A stretch of DNA of 62,222 nucleotides, filler included, from Fonticula-like sp. SCN 57-25 (taxonomy: Eukaryota): NCBI GenBank assembly GCA_001724245.1. It is 10 parts of 10 records of this genome, joined end to end, with 100 filler letters (N's around TTAATTAATTAA, not from the genome) between each part and the next. Parts side by side here need not be neighbours in the genome. Positions count along the whole stretch, not along the records: positions 49,896 to 56,545 come from MEDX01000658.1; positions 56,646 to 62,222 come from MEDX01000659.1; 8 more parts are not named here. The stretch is one strand, 5' to 3'. Position numbers and translations under genes: made by a program. The notes under the pieces are model-generated. The model did not search any database and was not told where the DNA came from. It was given only the letters and a program-made list of their open reading frames with translations. Shown piece by piece: positions 56,451 to 62,222 of this stretch (position 1 is the first letter of the stretch; every line of letters starts with the position of its first letter).

Positions 56451-56645
56451 AGTGCACGCAAATGGATTACGCAAGATTTCACAAGATTTCAACAAGATTT
56501 CAGTGACGTCACGAGGTTTGGGCCAATCATACGCGAGTGTTGTGGNNNNNNNNNNNNNNNNNNNNNNNNNNNNNNNNNNNNNNNNNNNNTTAATTAATTA
56601 ANNNNNNNNNNNNNNNNNNNNNNNNNNNNNNNNNNNNNNNNNNNN

Positions 56646-56955
56646 GAATACGTCACCGAAGAGCGAGTCAACATCGCTGACTTTACCAAGCTTGGTTTCT
56701 TTGCTAAGTGGTTCGTCGTTCCTTGATGTGCGAAGCTGGTCGCTTTGGACTCGAATACGTCAACGAAAAGCGAGTCAACATCGCCGACTTTACCATGCTT
56801 GGTTTCTTTGCTAAGTGGTTCGCCGTTCCTTGTTGTGCGAAGCTGGTTGGTTCGGACTTGAATACGTCAACATATAGCTTGTCAACGTTGCCGATTTCAC
56901 GAAGCGTAGCTTCACCAAGTGGTTCGCCTTGCTTTGTTGTGCGAAGCTGGTGGGG
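56646..56955. repeat. ~3 copies of a 107-bp tandem repeat
   Basis: GAATACGTCA recurs at 56646, 56753 and 56860, with similarity along the whole unit. Confidence 0.9.
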
Positions 56956-56964
56956 ATTGCCGCA

Positions 56965-57549
56965 CTAACGTTTGCGACGAATCTTGAAAGAAAGGAAACG
57001 CACCCGGTGAAAGCCGAGCAAGCCTTGTGGGCGCTGAGGGTTAGCCTTGTTGTACCTCTCCATGATTTTGCGTGGAAGGGTGAAATAGTCATCGTCTTCT
57101 ACAATAATGTTTGGGATCTCTAGGAGACACCTCCTGGAGGGGGCGCGCATGCTCGGCGTGCGCGAGCTGTTGTAGATATTGGTTCACTATAAGCAGCACC
57201 AGCGCGACAACTTCCACTGTAGGGACAACCCACTTTGGAGGAGAAAAAAAGTCCGTCCACACCAACACTGACATCAGCGCTAGCGCTACTCGCACTGCAA
57301 CTGACGCGGGTGCTGAGGGTTAGCCTTGTTGTATCTCTCCATGATTTTGCGTGGAAGGCATCGTCTTCTACAATAATTATGTTTGGGATCTCTGGGAGAA
57401 CACCTCCTGGGGGGGCGCGGACCCAATGCTCGGCGTGCGCGAGCTGAAGCAGCACACATAGCATTAGCTGTGTACTTGTTATTGCGTTTTCCCTTCGGTT
57501 GCAGCGTCTTGAGGTGGTCGTCAATTGTATCCCTTTTTCCTTTTGGCAC
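56965..57549 (-). pseudogene. Duplicated, frameshifted coding remnant (possibly a BED-finger/hAT-like N-terminus)
   Basis: A ~135-bp block at 57033-57168 is repeated at 57313-57446; across frameshifts it reads CYVC...QLAHAEHWVRA...PEIPNII. Confidence 0.3.
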
Positions 57550-58536
57550 TGTTTTAATAAAAATAATTAATTAAAAGGTCATTGGGATTGTGACAGCAGT
57601 ACAAGCGCACACGCGCGTCACTGTGGAATGGGCGAAAAAGGTACACCATGTCAGATTTCAGTACTTCTCGCGTAGTCCGCATGCACTGCCCCTCAAGTGC
57701 GATCGACAGGGGCTGCGTTTTCAATGCACGCTTGGTGCATTTTTATTAGCATTTTCATAAAGAGGTAAACTAAAACACTCTGCTCTCAACCAAATACATC
57801 TCCTGTCAACTGTGCAAAACCACTTCCAAGGGTCTACAAGGGCTGGAAAGGTCAAAACCCCGAAAATACTACTTTTGGTCGTCCGACCATCGTACTTTTG
57901 GACACAAAAATCGCAGCACTTATATTCCCTGGTCTCAAGTATTTGTACCACACTAACTAAAAGCACTAGGCTTTCAATATAAAAGCGTGGGTAACCCAAA
58001 AAACGACCACAGGCAACGATGTGTTGAAATTTGTGTATTATGTCTGCATCGCCGTCGCCGTCATCGGCATCGTCGCATCAGCATGTGTCGCCATCCCGGG
58101 GGAAATCACGCCTAACCACACCTAATTCCGGTAACCCTGTCACTAAACTACTGCGCTGTTTTGAAAAATGCGATGATGCCCCCGTATTGACTGCCTTGTT
58201 CAATGTGGGTCTGCGTCAACAAAATCAGTCAATACGCCCACTGGGGTGTCCATGTTTCCCCTGCATGCACAAAGTGACAACAGGTTAATCGTAAAAAAAA
58301 ATTACAAATAATGGTAGCTCTACCAGTCTTAAGCTTGATATAGCAAAAAATCCACAAAAATACGCGTCCTGGTAAAGAAATGCGCAACGGCGCAGGCCCA
58401 CTCTCGCCGTGCACGATTCTGGAGGGAGACTCGGCTTTGCAATTCAATGTGTTTCGGGGGGTGCCTTCCAACATCCCCCGTGAGTGGGATCCGACTCTTG
58501 TTTGCTTCACCTTGAACCAGGCACAGAAGGGGAAGC

Positions 58537-59176
58537 ATGGTACGACGCTTTGGAGCGGCTGCTCTTTGTTGGCTCCTCTCTCATTCATTTGTTGACGTTG
58601 TGCAACGTGTTCCTTTTTTTTGTTTTAGATTCGGTTTATTTTGATTCAGAACCGTCTTGGTAAGACACGTCTCGCCAAATGGTACGTGCCTTTCGATGAC
58701 GAGGAAAAGAACAAGCTCAAGGGCGAGGTTCACCGTCTTGTCGCATCTCGCGACCAGAAGTTCCAGTCAAATTTTGTTGAAGTGCGCATTGCTTTTTTGT
58801 TGTTCACCCGTTTATTGACTCTGCGTTCTTTTTGTTGCGCTACGCAGTTCCGCAACTACAAGATTGTGTACCGCCGCTACGCCGGTCTCTTTTTCTGCAT
58901 GTGCGTCGATGCCAACGACAACGAGCTGTACCATCTCGAGGCTATCCACCACCTTGTCGAGACGCTTGATACCTATTTCCAGAACGTGTGCGAACTTGAC
59001 CTCGTATTCAACTTCCACAAGGTGCGTCTCCAACCCGCAACGATACCTTTTCCATACTTACGTTTCGAACGAAGGTATACTCGATGCTGGACGAAATCTT
59101 CTTGGCAGGAGAGATGATGGAGACGAGCAAGCGGATCGTTCTTGACCGGTTCAGGTACCTTGAGTCGTTGGAGTAG
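58537..59176 (+). CDS. AP2S1: AP-2 complex sigma subunit
   Basis: Four exons: [20 protein letters not shown]...|[16 protein letters not shown]...[26 protein letters not shown]. Confidence 0.95.
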
Positions 59177-59597
59177 TTTTCGCCCTGCCATCGTTCCTGA
59201 AGGTTCTCTGCGGTGTGAGTGTACCCTTTCATCGCTGCCCCCTTTGTTTTCATCTTTCTCTGTTTCATTATTTTCTGGAGTTGTGCTGGTGCCGTCGTTA
59301 TAATTCAATTTCGCCTTTCGCTATGTTTATCTATCAAAAAGATGCATTATGGGCTGATCTTTGCTCGACACGTAAGCATTGTCTATCCCAACTTAGACAC
59401 AGATATTCATTTGAGCTGTGAAAAGAACATTATACAACGGACACGCGGGTGTGTATGATAGCTGCCCAGCATGTCTCGCATCGCCGACTTCTCTGGCCGC
59501 GGATTTCTGTACGGTACGATACCGCCTTCAGGGTGCACATAGATTCTCAGATTGATAAATTCACCGCTCAGTGCAAACAAACACGACCAGGAGAAGC

Positions 59598-61110
59598 ATG
59601 TCTGACGGAGCGCTTCACCCTCCTGCCGTCGTCCCGGCGCTTTTGCGCTTCCATGTGCCTCACTGCAAGCCCATCAATATCCAAAAGGTAAGGTTTCGGT
59701 ACTTCCGAAGGGCTTGATGTCTGACTCGTAGTAGATTCTGAAGACGTTGGAGCTCGGCGTCCCTGACCTTGAACGCCTGAACGCTCGGCGCACGGCACTG
59801 TGCGACCTGCTAAAATCCTACAGACAAGATGACAGTGGCAAGCCAAAGTTTGAGCCGGCAATTGTGGCGCTGGAGGCGTATCTGCCGGGTGCGCTTGGGC
59901 TCGCCGACGTGATTGCACAACTACGCAAGGAGCTGCCGACCCTCGACCTATCGTTTCTCGGTACGAAAGCCTGCACGACATGCTGATTGGCCAGCTCATT
60001 TCTGCAACAGAGTTTTCATGGTCTTCGTCCCTTTCGCGACAGAGCGACCGCTTTTTCACGTTTCCTTCGCCGCGGTTTGAGGTCTTGATGACTATGGCTG
60101 CACTTGCTTTCGTTCGCATGGACGAGTGCTCGCAGATGATCCTGGAGGTAGGACATACACCCGAGAGCGCCAAGCAGGCGGCCAGCCGTCTGTGTGAGGT
60201 TGCCGGCCTATGGGATATGCTTGCCCACGTTTTCGTAGTGCAAGGCGGGTCCGATGACTCTCGCGAAGCAAAGTCGAGACCTCTGGAACTTTTGGGCCCC
60301 GATATGCTCAAGGGGTTCGCGGCGGCCAGCATGGCGCAGGCCGCTGAAATCGGCGCTTTGGCGGCTGTTGCGAAGCAGACAAAGCATTCTCTTGTGGCCA
60401 AGCTGTTTATTGACGCGCACGAAAAATACGTGGAAGCAAAACGTCTTTTCGGGAGCGCAACAAGGTATGATGCAATGGTATTCCCTGCTTGACTGTGAGG
60501 CTAACCGTTTGGGGCAAACGAAGCACTGTGGACCTTGCACGGGTGGACCAGGCATTCGTTGACAACTATCTGCGAGTGTTTTTGCTTGTGAAGGCCCGCG
60601 CGTGCCTTGGCTCCGCTCACGTCCATCTGGCGCTTGACGCGCGTGCCAGCGAGTACGACCTTTTTATAGCATTGTTGCGGCCAGCTAAGACACGTGTGTA
60701 GTGCAATTGGCATGGCGATTGCCCATTTGCAGAGAGCGCTTTCTCTTTATTCGGATGCGAGGTCCACGCAGAACAACTCGACTGTGCTCGTATGCGATTA
60801 TGTGGACCATGGATGGTGTCCTAACAATTGCGTGCAGAATCCAGGGACGCGCGATAGCCTGGCGCTCAGTCTTGCGCGCCAAGTGGACGACATGGATCAG
60901 TTCTCCAAGACCGTGTGTGACAAGTTTATCAAGCAGAATAACACTGTGTATATGGAGCGCGTTCCATCGCCGGATCAGGTCAAGGTGCCAGCGGCGACGG
61001 AGCTATTCAAAGTGAAGCCGTACAGGTTGCCAGCTGCTGATACCTTTCCGGTTTCGTTCAAGTCGAAGCAAGATAGCTCAAATTGTAGCATTTTTTTCGA
61101 AGCAAGATAG
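59598..61110 (+). CDS. BRO1-domain protein (BROX-like)
   Basis: LEAYLP, FSWSSSL, RFEVLM, LCEVAGLW, MAQAAE, GMAIAHL, KQNNTVYMERVP and a CSIF motif; several short introns. Confidence 0.8.
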
Positions 61111-62222
61111 CTCAAATTGTAGCATTTTTTGATGTCAGCATTCATCGTTTGTGTTTTCTTTCTTTACTTATGTTTCGCGTTCACTCCGAAAGAGTTGCAT
61201 CGTTGCACGTTATTTGCGGAATAAATAGACAATGTGGTGTGACAATGTGTCAGATTGTGTGTGACAGCCTCTCCAAGCTTGAATTATGTAGCAACAAAGA
61301 AAGTACACGAAAGAACACGGCACAAGGCAATCAAACGCGATGGAAATAAAGGCTCTACGAGTTGGAGAAAAGCTGTGAGGTGTGTGCTTTGTCGTCGCCC
61401 TAGTGGCATAGACGTCCTGACAGCCAGCTGTAATGCGCTCTATTGGTCTTACATGTGAACGTCCTGACGAATGTGGCACGTGTGTGCGCGTGTGCGCGTC
61501 AACGATGATGTTGACTCGAGGGGCGTCGATCGAGGGGCGTCGTCTGGGACCGGGTGATCGAGTATAGCGGGTGCTCTTATCTCCGCGAATACTTGTCGGA
61601 GAGCGATGGTTTAGGGGTCGTTCGAGAGCTCGCGACGAATCGAGTTGAATGGTTTCACTCAGGGAGCGATACGTGCGGTGTAGGAAAGCGCGGCACGTGT
61701 AGGGGTGGGTGAAGGTGGTTCCTGACACGCGTCTGCGACGGTGGCGACTCGATCAAGGGGCGTCGTCTCGAACCATGGTCAGCCATGAACGAAACGCTGA
61801 TATCTCCGCGAGCATATGACGTAGAGAAATTATGAACGGTGCGTTCGAGCGCTCTCGGCGAGACGAGTCGGCTGATACCTGAGAGTGGCACCAAGGCGTA
61901 GCGTGTGGCAAAGGGGCACGCGGGAGTGGGGGTTCCTGGAAGTGGCTCCCTGTCTTCGCCGCGTCTGACTCTGCGTCCTGATGATCTTTGCAATGTCGTC
62001 GGCGACCTGAAGACCGGGCGCGGCACTGGTCCCGCGACATCTCTGAGTTGTAGGGAATGGAAATTGTGCACGGGGCCGTTGATTGCCCACACCCGCCCGC
62101 TGCTTTTGACGGAGAAAGAGGAAACTTACTTGACAGCACGCATTGGTCCAGAGGTGGGAAGAAGAGTCTGGAGCTCAATCGTGCGGGCTCGTGAGACTCA
62201 CTTCAGGTAGAGAGGGATGATC

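Noticed and set aside
56646-56955. CRISPR-like array
   Set aside because: Units are similar along their full length with no unique spacers, no cas genes are present, and the context is eukaryotic.

Overview
This is not one contiguous locus. It is ten short eukaryotic contigs joined by artificial 100-nt spacers (44 N + TTAATTAATTAA + 44 N): A 1-5005, B 5106-14914, C 15015-21527, D 21628-27475, E 27576-32987, F 33088-38129, G 38230-43611, H 43712-49795, I 49896-56545, J 56646-62222. Gene order across spacers is therefore meaningless. Most contigs are GC-rich and gene-dense, with short GT-AG spliceosomal introns. A CSL factor and a fungal-type AP2 sigma, together with GDAP2, PCGF, ARH1, strumpellin and BROX, suggest a unicellular opisthokont, possibly an early holomycotan (inference). 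Contig C is compositionally different and may come from another organism. About 30 protein-coding genes or fragments are recognisable, plus a Harbinger transposase and TE remnants. No rRNA, tRNA or CRISPR array was seen. The best leads come from splicing exons by hand: (1) a predicted ~1,050-aa ATG4 with a long N-terminal extension, a PH-like domain and extra LIR-like motifs; (2) an Apd1/Aim32-type ferredoxin fused in frame to an adrenodoxin-type 2Fe-2S domain; (3) an intron-containing DUF72 gene with PIP-like motifs and an E2F site; (4) a recurring polar intron/exon architecture (purine-rich 5' arm, repeat core, pyrimidine-rich 3' arm, C-to-G gradient across exons). All family calls are from motif recognition; no searches were run, so novelty is unverified.
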